NCBI RefSeq assembly: GCF_963921235.1
Contig: NC_086109.1
Span: 34,102,001 to 34,166,000, forward strand
Direction: 5' to 3'
Origin: Mobula hypostoma
Taxonomy: Eukaryota
Length of the DNA stretch: 64,000 bases
In this document: positions 53,127 to 64,000 of the stretch, piece by piece
How the letters are laid out: each line of letters opens with the position of its first letter
How positions within the stretch are numbered: position 1 is the first letter of the stretch
The notes under the pieces: generated by a model
What the model saw: only the letters and a program-made list of their open reading frames with translations
Told to the model about the DNA's origin: nothing
Databases searched by the model: none
Translations under genes and position numbers: made by a program

Positions 53127-54767
53127 ATTGCGTGACTCCCCCCAGAAATCAGTATAGTGATAAGAATCAATTAATTCAGGAAAGTTCTATGAGGTAAAGA
53201 AATCCAGTAAGAAAAAGAAAAGTGAGCCATCTAGAGGTAAGTATGAGCAGAAAATGCATTCCACTAAATTTTTCAGGATTAGAATTAAACCAACTCAGTA
53301 GGGGTTTCGGTACTTTGGCTTTGTATTGATTCATCTGATTTGTTTGTGTAATCTCAATGGGAGCAGCTCACCTTTGCATAAAATTAATCACACTATACAC
53401 AGGTGACCTCCATGTTATGGGGTGATTGTGTTCCTACAAAATGGACCATATGGTCACTTTCCATAAGGTGAAGCTGAGTCATTTGCGCATATGTCCAACA
53501 GCACAAACTCGAGTAAAGTTGTGTTGATTGTTTTCACATAAATTCCATGAGAGTGAATTTTATTCTGTATTTCAGATTTCTGGTTAGGGTGATTTTTTGC
53601 AACCTGAAAGGCTGAAACACAAGACTCACTGATAATTGTTAGTTGTATCAAATCAGATGTTGGAAGTACACAGAATTCCAGGAGGTATCCATGGTGGGAA
53701 GAAATAATGGCACTTGACTTTGATGATAGACAATTGTATGAAAATAGAAATTAGAAGCAGGACAAGGTTTCTTGGTTCCTTAACCCTAATAATCATGCTG
53801 TTGATTTTCCTATATACTTGTTGTATCCTCATTCTAGTTTCTGCAAATTGGGCACTAGGATGCACAAGTATCACACATCAGAGCTTTGTATGCTCTTGCC
53901 TTTAAAATAAAATGCTTCTCTTTAATATTTTCTAAGACAATGGGACAATTCCCTTTACCAAATGTATCTATCTTTATAATTTCATAATGCCCTCCTTGCC
54001 ATCCACCTTCTTTTGTTTCAACAGCAACTTTAACAATCATATCCTGAGTGTCTTCATCCAAGTCACGTATGTGAATTGTAAAAATGTTGAAGCCCTAGAA
54101 ATGATTGCTGTAGCCCAACAGATTTCATCAATCAGAAAATACCTACTTTTGCTTCCTCTCTGTTTAGCCAGCTAATCTTCTATCCATGTCAAAATCTTAT
54201 CTCCTATACCACGAGTTTTTATTTTCAGCATCTAATCAAACTTTTGGAAATCTAAGTGTAGTTCATTTGTCAGTTCCCTGGACATAGTTTTTCTTTAAGG
54301 AACTCAAAAAAATTGGTCAAATATGACTTCTTTTTCACAAGTGATTTTGTCTAATTACCTTAATTTTTTTTGAAATACCTTTAATAATGCCTTTTAATAT
54401 AGTCTCCAGGATAGATACTAAGCTTCTACTTCTCCTTTACCACCCGTAACCCCACCTATCAACTTTCCCCAGAATTCTGAAAGGTTAGAGATGATCAATG
54501 AGGAAAAGGGAAGCGAGATGAAGAAAGAAAGACCGTGATAGGTTGGAAGGAAGAAAAAATTAAACAAATGGCCAGTGGGATGAAAGTGAAAGATGGGTGG
54601 TTAGAAACAAAGCATCGATCCAGAGGAGATATGAATGGGAGTAGGGTGATTATTATCTGAGGTTGCAAAAGAAAATGCCATGTGGGTGGAAAATCTGAAT
54701 TAAAACCAAAATATTGTAAATGCTTTTGGAATTTATTGTCAAGTCTGAGTTCAGTAATGTGACTTGA

Positions 54768-55757
54768 TCAGAATCAGAATCAGAAGCAAGTTTATTATCA
54801 CTGACTTATGTTGAGAAATTTGTTGTCTTTGTGGCAGCAGTACAATGCAATTCAAAATAATAGAGAAAAACGGAGTTATGGTAAGCATATATATATTAAA
54901 CAGTTAAATAAATAGTGCAAAATTAAAAATAAATAGTGAGAAAGTGTTCGTGGATTTAATGCCATTCAGAAATCGGATGGCAGGGGGAAAGAAATTGTTG
55001 TTGAATCATTGAGTGTGTGCCTTTAGGCTCTTGTACCTCCTTCCTGACCTTTTTGAGGCTTCGTTCCTTGAAGATGTCCTGGATGCTATAGAGGCTGGTG
55101 TCCATGACAGAGAAGTTTACAACTCTGTGCAGCTTATCTCAATCCATTTCAGTAGCCCCCCGCCCAACTCCCCCCCCCCGTACCAGACAGTGATGCAGCC
55201 AGTTAGAATGCTGTGCATGGTACATCAGTAGAAACATACGAATGCTTTTAGTGATATACCTAATCTCCTTAAGCTCCAAATAAAATATAGCCACTGCCAT
55301 GCCTTCTTTGCAGCCGCATTGGTATGTTGGGCCCAGGTTAGATCCTCAGAGATATTGACACCCAGGAACTTGAAATTGCTCACTCTCTCCACTTCTGATC
55401 CCTCTATGAGGATTGGTGTGTGTTCCCTCATCTTACCCGTTCTGAAATCCACAATCAGTTCTTTGACCTTTCTGACACTGAGTGCAAGGTTGTTGCTGCA
55501 GCACCACTCAACTAGCTGATATATCTTGCTCCTGTATGCCCTCTTGTCACCATCTGAAATTTAGTCATCAATAGTTGTGTTGTTAGCAAATTTATAGATG
55601 ATATTTCAGTTGTGCCTAGCCACACCGTCTTGGGTGTAGAGAGGGTAGAGCAGTGGGCTAAGCACTCAACCCTGAAGTACGCCAGTGTTGATTGACCCCG
55701 AGGTGACGAAGTTATTTCCGATCTGCAGAGGTTGTGGTCTTCCAGGTCGGAAGTCTG
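54768..55757 (-). mobile_element. Rex1/Babar-type LINE 3' fragment
   Basis: QGxVLSPLL, KFANNTT, DFRTGK...VERVSNFKFLGVNISEDLTW; (GATTCT)n tail. Confidence 0.88.
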
Positions 55758-56540
55758 CCTAGCTGCAGGTGGATGGATGGCTGCTCCCTTATTTCAGTGG
55801 GGAATTGATTATCCAGATAAAGACTAATACAAGATGCCACATTGTCAACATACAAAAATTGAGTTCTGGAAAGGAAAAACTCAATGCCAAGTTTTGTGCT
55901 GTCAGCTTTAATTGAAACTTCGCTTTGGAGTGATAATCCTTTTGCTAATTCCAGGAACTACGAGAATTCTTCCCAGGTAGCCAGAACATGTCCCACCTAC
56001 AACATGCCCTGTCCCAAAAATTTCAACTCACAACCCGTTCCTTCGGTTTGAAGAAAATGTAGCAAACCCTTCATGAAAAATTCATGTCGTTATTTAAGGC
56101 AGAGCAATAAAATCCTCTGGTATCTTGAAAAAATGAACTCACACTTAATGTTGGCAAAACTGGTTTCATAGTCACTTTGTTCTCTGTTGTTTGCAGGTCC
56201 TATTTTTGTGTAAATTGGCTTTTACATTCATTTTAGTACAAGACAACTATAGCACCTAAATAGACTGCAAAATATTCTGGAATACTTTGGGAATGAGAAG
56301 GGTGCCATGAAAACACGGCTTATTTTTGTATGGGGAGTGCTAAGACTTCTTGGGAACATATAGCAATGTTTATACAGTAAATGCAAGTTATTTTTTCTCT
56401 GTGATATACTTAGCACGTAAGTTTTCTGTTCTCAGTTTGACATTTTTGTGACTGTTCTACATTCTATTGGTTGGGTCCTTAGCAAAGAGAAAGGAATAAC
56501 TGGGTTTGTTAATACTGTTCTTATATAATTATTGTTCCAG

Positions 56541-56667
56541 CTGTACAGCAATAGGAATGCACAAGAACTTCAGAAGGAAGATGGCCAATGCATTCAACTG
56601 GTAGTATATAGATGTAATGAGAAAAATCCAATGATTTTCAGTCACTTTAGAACAACTGATTCTGTCG
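56541..56667 (+). CDS. GGNBP1: GGNBP1-like gene, coding exon 4
   Basis: Acceptor ttgttccag| and donor G|gtaaga; 127 nt, phase 0 to 1; LYSNRNAQELQKEDGQCIQLVVYRCNEKNPMIFSHFRTTDSV(G). FRTTDSVG resembles GGNBP1 FRSTDTVG. Confidence 0.85.
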
Positions 56668-58559
56668 GTAAGAACAGCATAATTAATTTGGAAAAGAAAT
56701 TATTATTAAAATATTTTGGAGAACTCACAGACTAACAAGAGGCATTAGCTTCCTGACTTCTTGTATATGTTAATCAACCCATGAATTAGAGCTACCAACT
56801 CTTGGGATCAGGATTTAAAATAGTCTTTTCAAAAGAAAAATCTAGGAAAGTTATGCGTGAGTACCAGCATCTACTGTAAGCATGTACTCTAAAAGCTGCA
56901 TTAACACGGCTTTGTTCTTTGATCTTTTGTCAGCATATTGAGGCATTTCCATGCTTGAACGTTCAAACAGGAGTGGAGATTGGAGGGACTGTGTTTTGGA
57001 CTCTCATCAAGTAGAAATCTCTGCTAGGCACTGTGATTAGAGTTGATTGCAGGCTATGGAAAATTTAGAAATCAGAGTCAAGTTGGCAAACATACAAATC
57101 TGTTTGTCATGCTCATATCTTCATGAAAGGGATAATTTTACTATGAGAGATTTTCTAGTAAGACCCTGCTTTGAAACTCAAGCAGCACTCTGCAATCTAT
57201 AAATCCTTATATGTTTACTTACCTCAGTTCCAGGGTGTTCTAGTGGAATATATTGAGAACAAAAACAGACTTTAAACCTCTACAGATTTCCTGCATCTTA
57301 CGTAAATGGAAACAGGTTTAGAAATTTCAGTAGAATGTAGTCTTGTACAGTAGAAGCTTATTTATCATTACAGATTTCAATCATCCTAAATCTGAAGAGA
57401 TTTCTTAAGAAGAAATGAGAGAATTGAATAATAAAGGGTCACCGGCTGGAGAAGCAGACAGTTCAACTTCAGTCCCAGTAAAGAGTAATCCAATTTTTAG
57501 ATACTACTTTGGCTGGCACAATTAATTGAATAGTACCTTAAAGCTAAAGATACTTTATTTATTTGATCATAGGAAATTAGTAAAACCAGTTAGGCCACGT
57601 TTTTCAGCTAAGAGCCTCCTGATGACAGAATAGACATGGGTAGCACACTTACTCAACTAAAGGGCGTTATTTCAGCTTTTATGACAATACAGACATTAAC
57701 CAAGGATTACTAGATATGACATCACACTTTCTGGTTTACCAGTCCAATATCATAGCCACAGTTGGAAAGGATGTGGAGAATTATGTTACTGAAAAAGAAT
57801 AGTTGGGAAACGGGATTTCTCTGTGAGCTGGTATAGACTTGATGGATCAACATAACCCCTTAATTTCATTAGGAAATATAAACAGGAATGTAGTTTGTGT
57901 CCTGTGCCAAGTTCTAAGTTACAAAGAAAGTATTTCAATATTGGCGGCAGTACAGAAAGGAGTCAAAAGAATGATTACTTTTGTCAGAGGTGTGAATTGT
58001 GAGAAATATTTGTCTTTGCTATTATAGAATGCATGGAAGAATATTAACCTTTGATTATGTTCCCTTCTACACAATGAATCAATGGGCCTAAATGTGGGCA
58101 GGTTTATGTCACTGGCAGCAATTTTCCCTGGTGATCATAGACGAATTTACTTCTGATTCTTTCCACCTCTAAAATAAATATTTGTGAGGTGATTTATAAA
58201 GCTACAGTGTATACAATTCTATTGAAAAGTAATGTTGAAAATAACACTGGATCAGAAAAGCAGAAATGATACCTATTGAGACCAATAAAGGTAGCATTTA
58301 ACATTGTAAAGTAACAAATATATGGAAAGAAGTAATGGAAGCATAAGAATCATTCTGAAAGGCACCTGGATATGGCATAGTGTGTACATGGAATTTTTTA
58401 TATGCATATTCTTCCCTATATTTCACTATCTGGTAATATTACAAGTTAAATTCATGGTCATTTTCAACATGGGTATTCCTGGGGGTGGGGGGGGGTTGAC
58501 CTACTGGATCATGGCAGCAGCAGCCATGCTGGTGGCTCTGTGGCCAGCCCTGAGGCTCA

Positions 58560-59310
58560 AAGGGAAGGGTAAAGTCAGGCAGTGCAGTAGTTATACAGGA
58601 CTCAATAGTTAGGGGGATAGAAAGGGGATTCTGTGGCCACACAAGAGACTTCGGGATGGTGTGTTCCCTTTGAGATGGGGTCCCTGACATATTGGAGTGG
58701 CTGTAGGATATTCCCGAGTGGGAGAGGAAACAGCCAGAGGTCATAGTGCATATTTGTATCAATGACGTAGGCAGAAAAGGGGAAAAGGTCCTATGCAGTG
58801 AGTATATAGAGTTAAGAAAGATGCTGAAGAGAAGGACCTTCAAGGTGGTAATCTCCGGATTACTCCCATTGCCACGGGCTAGTGCAGGTAGGAATGGGGT
58901 AATAGCATGGATGTACGAGTAGCTGAGTAGAAGGTGCAGGAGACAGGGTTTCAAGTCCTTGGATCATTGGATCCTTTTCTGGGGAAAGGGTGACCTGCAC
59001 AAGAGGGACGGCTTGCACCTGAACTGGAGGGGAACCAATATCATGGCCGGGAGATTACTTTGTTACTTTGTTAATGTTACTTTGGGAGAGTTTAAACTAG
59101 TTTCGTAGGGGACTGGGACCTGGAGCCAAAGGTCAGTAAGAGAAGGGAGGTCAGTAAGGGAAGGTAGATGTCAGGGAAAGTACTGAAAGGCAAAATCAGA
59201 ATAACAGGTATGATGAGTTGGAGAGTTTGAAGTGTGTATATTTTAATGCTAGGAGTATTATGGGTAAGGGTGATGAACTTAGAACATGGATCAGTACATA
59301 GAACTATACC
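58560..59310 (+). mobile_element. CR1 LINE 5' part: ORF1 SGNH esterase-like domain and start of ORF2 endonuclease
   Basis: AVVIQDSIVRG...VIVHICINDVG...VVISGLLP...KRDGLHLNWRGTN, then LKCVYFNARSIMGK. Confidence 0.82.
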
Positions 59311-59314
59311 ATGG

Positions 59315-60478
59315 TCTCTTAATTGTTAAGCAGCCTCCTGTGCAGCACTTTGTTAAAGGCCTTCTGAAAATCTAAGTACACAACATCAACCAATTCTCCT
59401 TTGTCTATACCACTTGCTATTTCTTCAAAGAATTCCAACAGATTTCTCAAGCAAGATTTTCCCTTGTGGAAACCATTCTGACTACAGCTTATTTTACAAT
59501 GTGCCTCCAAGTACCCTGAAACCACATCCTTAACAACTGATTCCAACATCTTCCCAAACGCTGAAGTCAGACCAACTGGTCTATAATTTCCTTTCTTCTG
59601 CCCCTCTCTCTTCTTGAAGAGTGGAGTGACATTTGCAATTTTCCCATCTTCTGGATCATTTCAGATCTAGTGATTCTTGAAAGAACATTAATAGCTCCGT
59701 AATCTCTTCAGCCAGCTCTTATAGTACAGTGGGGTGTACACCATCTGGTCCTGGTGATTTATCTATCTCGAGACCTTTCAGTTTCTCAAGAACTTTCTCC
59801 CTAGTAATGGCAACTTCACACACTTCTGACCCCTGACAAACTGGAGCTTCTACCATACTGCTAGTGTCTTCCTTAGTGAAGGCTGAAGCAAGATACTTAT
59901 TTAGTTTGTCCATTGTTTCCATTAATACCTCTCCAGCATCATTTTCCAGTGGTCTGATATTAATACCTCTCCAGCATCATTTTCCAGTGGTCACCTCTCT
60001 TTTACATTTCACTTTTCTGAAGAAACTTTTGGTATCCTCTTTAATACTGTGGCAAGCTTACTTCCGTATTCCATCTTTTCCTTCTTAATGACTTTTTTAG
60101 TTGACTTCTGTTGGTTTTTAAAAGCTTCCCAATCCTCTAACTTCCCATTAATTTTTGCTCTAATATATGCCCCCTCTTTGGCTTTGACTTTGCTTGTTAG
60201 ACGTGGTTGTGACATCTTGCCTTTAGAATACTTCTTCCTTTTTGGGATGTATATATCCGGTGCCTTTCAAATTGCTTCCAGAAATTTCAACCAACACTTC
60301 TCCACCATCATCCTTGCCAGTGTTCTTTTCCGGTCAATTCTGGCCAACTCCTTTCTCATGCCTCTGGAATTTGCTTTAGTCCGCTGTAATACTGATACAT
60401 CTGGCTTTAGCTTTTCCTTCTCAATCTCAGGGTGAATTTGATCATATTATGATCACTTTCCCCTGAGGGTTTTTACCT
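59315..60478 (-). mobile_element. CR1 LINE ORF2 middle fragment
   Basis: DKSPGPDGVHP, QNGFHKGKSCLRNLLEFFEE...DVVYLDFQKAFNKV. Confidence 0.88.
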
Positions 60479-60480
60479 TA

Positions 60481-60817
60481 AGCTTATATGAGCATTTGGA
60501 AGCCAATGGCCTAATTTGGGAGAGCCAGCATAGCTTTGTACATGTCAGATCATGCCTTATCAATGTAATTGAGTTTTTGACAAGGTGACATGAGAGACTG
60601 ATGAAGGTAGAGCAGTGGGTGTTGTCTGCATGGATTTCAGTAGGGCATTTGACGAAGTCCCTCTTAGAAGGATAATCTACAAGATTAAGAAACATGCGGT
60701 CCACGGCAAATTGGATGTTTGGATTCAGAACTGGCTTGCGCATCAAAGACAGAGGGTAGTGGTTGAAAGGACTTATTCGAGCTGGAGGTCTTTAAATCTT
60801 GATGTTCCTCAGGGATC
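60481..60817 (+). mobile_element. CR1 RT fragment of a different subfamily
   Basis: VVCMDFSRAFDEVP...WIQNWLAHQRQRVVV...VPQGS. Confidence 0.82.
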
Positions 60818-62180
60818 TTTTTGTTATTCAGCTTTTCACAATGTTCATCTTCCCCATCAGGCAGAAGATGCAAAAGCCTGAAAGCACTTACCACTGACCT
60901 CTTATGATAAGATGACGCTTGGCCTCGCAATCTACCTTGTTATGATCTTGCTCTTTATTGTTTACCTGCGATATATTCTTCCAGTAGCTTTTACATTTTA
61001 TCATGCATTGTGATTGTTTTACCTTATTCTAGCTCAATGCACTGTGTAATGACTTGGATCTGTATAAATGGTTTGCAAGACAAGCTTTTCTGTGTACATG
61101 TGACAATAATAAACCAATGCTAATATCAGTTTGCAGAAGGTGAAACACTGTATGGATGTTTTGGAGTAAATAACTGATGTTTTTATTTAAAGTTAGCAAT
61201 GTTGACCACACTAAGATGTCAGCAGTAGAGAAGAAAATGTTTAAAAATGTACAACTGGAAATCTGAAATGAAAACAGAATGTGCTTTTATATGAGACTTA
61301 AGTGAATTAAAATATTAAAAGATTAAAACATTAAGATATTTCCTTCTACAGGAAATATTTTAATTCCTCAACCAAAGAAATAACTATGCCCATATTTCCA
61401 TCAGACCATAAAATATACTAGAAGTGGAATTAGAGCAGCTGGCCCATCAAGTCTGCTCACCACTCAAACATGTCTGATATTATTGTTGCTTTTTTGAACT
61501 CTCTTCTCCTGTCTTCTCCCTGTAACCCTTATCCACCTCACTAATCAAGAACCTATCAGTTGTGGCTTAAATGCACCCAATAACTTGGCCTCCAAAGTAT
61601 TCTGTGGTAACCACTTCCACATCACTGAGGTTTCTCCTTAGTAATGTCATGCACAGTCACTTAAGCCTTCTGTGGTGCCACAGTCTTTTCTCTATTGGCA
61701 AGCTGAAGCTGTTTATGTAACTGCTGGCTTGTTGGGACTTTTAATTTAATTAGGATCGGACCAAGCTTTTTGCACATATTTTCCTTTCTTGAAGAATAGT
61801 CAGATTAGAGGCAGTAATTCAGCTGGCAGTTTTATTGTGACTGTGTTGGCCTTTCAAAATGGTTCTTCCTTTGTGCACATGAAAGTAAAAATAAAACTGA
61901 TAAGACAAATCTTTGACACAGCATCACAGGACAAATTAAGCAAACAGTTTTGCTGAAAATAGTAACAAATGATTATTAGTTTATTTTAAGAATTTGCCAC
62001 TTATTTCTCAGCTATATTCTAAGATGAATTTATTCCACTTGTTTTGGTTGTTTTGACCTTGCTCGTAACATTATATAGAGTCTTTCGAGACTAAGAAAGA
62101 AAGTTACAAGATATAAAGTGATTTGTAAAATTCATTTCAATATGTCAGTCATTACAGAGGAAATGTTACTTTTTGAAAAG

Positions 62181-62320
62181 GCTTTGTTGAAATGGAAATA
62201 AAGAAAATGCTTGATGTTCACCATGATGTTCGGTTGTGGAAGAAAGGTTTGAATGACGAGGCCAGTCTGCTGCAAAGATCAGATTCAACGTTGAAAGATG
62301 CTGGAATCATTCACGAACAG
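62181..62320 (+). CDS. GGNBP1: GGNBP1-like gene, coding exon 5 (ubiquitin-like domain of USP4/11/15 type); the gene continues beyond the window
   Basis: Acceptor ttttgaaaag| and donor CAG|gtataa; 140 nt, phase 1 to 0; (G)FVEMEIKKMLDVHHDVRLWKKGLNDEASLLQRSDSTLKDAGIIHEQ carries the E-x-KK-x-L...RLWK...TL-x-DAGI UBL signature. Confidence 0.87.
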
Positions 62321-62654
62321 GTATAAGAACGGGATTGCCTGATTATGGATACTGTTAGCTCTTGTAAACATCTTGTAAAAAACGTATAGAGATAAATTTC
62401 GTGATGTAGTAGCATCATCGCAGCACCAATTGCAATCTCTCATTATAAATCCGTGATGCTTCCTGAGAATCTAATAGATAAAAGATATATTGGAGATAAA
62501 GTATTGTTTTCCACTGGTACTAATCTGAGTTGACAAAGTTAATTGGAAGACGATCACAGGGGGATGTACAAGGAAGATGCAACATAATGTTTGTAAACCT
62601 TTTTGTGTTGTTTCACTGTGATTTAGATCAACGATTTGGTTTTGTACTGTATTC

Positions 62655-64000
62655 AGGGATTCATTTTCGAACGTGGATGAGTATGCTGCAGTAGTTAATG
62701 ACTTCATTAAAACCTGTGTGGAAGAGTGTGTGCCTACGAAAACTTGCTGTACATTCCCAAACTAAAAGCTACGGATGAACCAGGAGTTTCGTAGTCTGCT
62801 AGGCCTGTGGCATTTAAGTCTGGCGACCCAGGTCTGTACAAGAGCACCAGGTATGACTTGCGGAGGGCTATTTCAGGAGCGAAGAAACAATTCCAAGGTT
62901 GGAGGCGACATTGGATATGCATCAACTCAGGCAGGGTTTGCAGGACATTACTTCCTACAAAGTGAAACGCAATCACATGAATGGCAGCAATGTTTCACTA
63001 CCAGATGAGCTCAATGCCTTCTATGCCCGCTTTGAAAGGGAGAATATAACTACAGCTGTGAAGATCCCTGCTGAACCCAGTGACTGTAGATCTTTGTCTC
63101 GGAGGCTGATGTCAGGCTGTCTTTCAGGAGGGTGAACCCTTGCAAGGTGGTAGGCCCCAGTGGAGCACTTGGTAAGGCTTTGAAAACATGTTCCAACCAA
63201 ATGGCAGGAGTACTCAAGGACATTTTCAACCTCTCACTGCTATGGTCGAAAGTTCCCACCTGCTTCAAAAGGGCAACAATTATACCAGTCCCCAAGAAGA
63301 GAAGTATGAGGTGCCTTAATGACTATTGTCTAGTAGCACTCACATCTGCAGTGATGAAAAGCTTTGAGAGGCTGGTCATGGCTAGAATCAACTCCTGCTT
63401 TAGAAAGGAACTGGACCCACTGCAATTTGCCTATTGCCACAATAGGTCTACAGCAGATGCAATCTCATTGGCTCTTCACATGGCTCTTAATCACCTGCAA
63501 ACACCTATGTCAGGATGCTGTTCATTGACTATAGCTCACTGTTTGACACCATCATTCCCACAGTCCTGATTGATAGGCTACAGAACCTGGGCCTCTGTAC
63601 CTCTCTCTGCAATTGGATTCTTGACTTCCTAACTGGAAGACTATAATCTGTGCGGATTGGTGATAATATCCCCTTTTCACTGACGGAGCAACACTGGTGC
63701 ACCTCAGGGTTGTGTGCTTAGCCCACTGCTCAACTTTCTATACCCATGACTGTGTGGCTGAGTATAGCTCAAATGCCATCCATAAATTTGCTGATGATAT
63801 AACCATTTTTTTCAGAACCTCAGATGGAGACGAAAGGGCATACAGGAGCGAGATATACCAATTAGTTGAGTGGTGTCACAGCAACAACCTGGCACTCAGT
63901 GTCAGTAAGACCAAAGAGATGATTGAGGACTTCAGGAAGAGTAACACGAAGGAACATGAGCCAATCCTCAGAGAGGGATCAGAAATGAAGAGAGTGAGCA
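62655..64000 (+). mobile_element. Rex1/Babar-type LINE running off the window end
   Basis: [21 protein letters not shown]...IIPVPKK...DPLQFAY, GAPQGCVLSPLL and KFADD, with frameshifts. Confidence 0.92.

Noticed and set aside
57374..57490. Possible exon after atcattacag|
   Set aside because: Early stops, and exons 4 and 5 join directly with continuous UBL homology.
1..64000. CRISPR arrays, prokaryotic operons or an intact autonomous transposon
   Set aside because: This is eukaryotic intronic DNA; all RT and transposase frames are truncated or disrupted, and no regularly spaced repeat-spacer array is seen.

Overview
This is AT-rich vertebrate genomic DNA. The repeat content (HE1-like V-SINE, CR1, Rex1/Babar, Penelope-like elements) suggests a cartilaginous fish, probably a ray; that assignment is inference. 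Two spliced genes lie head-to-head across a CpG-rich interval of about 2.3 kb, and the ORF track recovers neither as a gene. (1) Minus strand: coding exon 1 of NUDT3 (DIPP1; MMKLKQNQTRTYDGDGFKKRAACLCFKSESEEE, 36639-36541). Positions 1-36540 are apparently all intron 1. (2) Plus strand: five phase-compatible coding exons (38915-39222, 47672-47790, 50670-50764, 56541-56667, 62181-62320; 263 codons, open at the 3' end) of a GGNBP1-like gene. Its product looks like a degenerate DUSP-UBL module of the USP4/USP11/USP15 family. The rest is intronic and packed with nested transposon relics: Rex1/Babar and CR1 LINEs, Tigger, Tc1, two Harbinger-type MITEs, SINEs, and many Penelope-like terminal repeats. 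The consensus of those terminal repeats folds into a minimal hammerhead ribozyme. Exon, TIR and TSD coordinates were counted by hand; other repeat boundaries are approximate.
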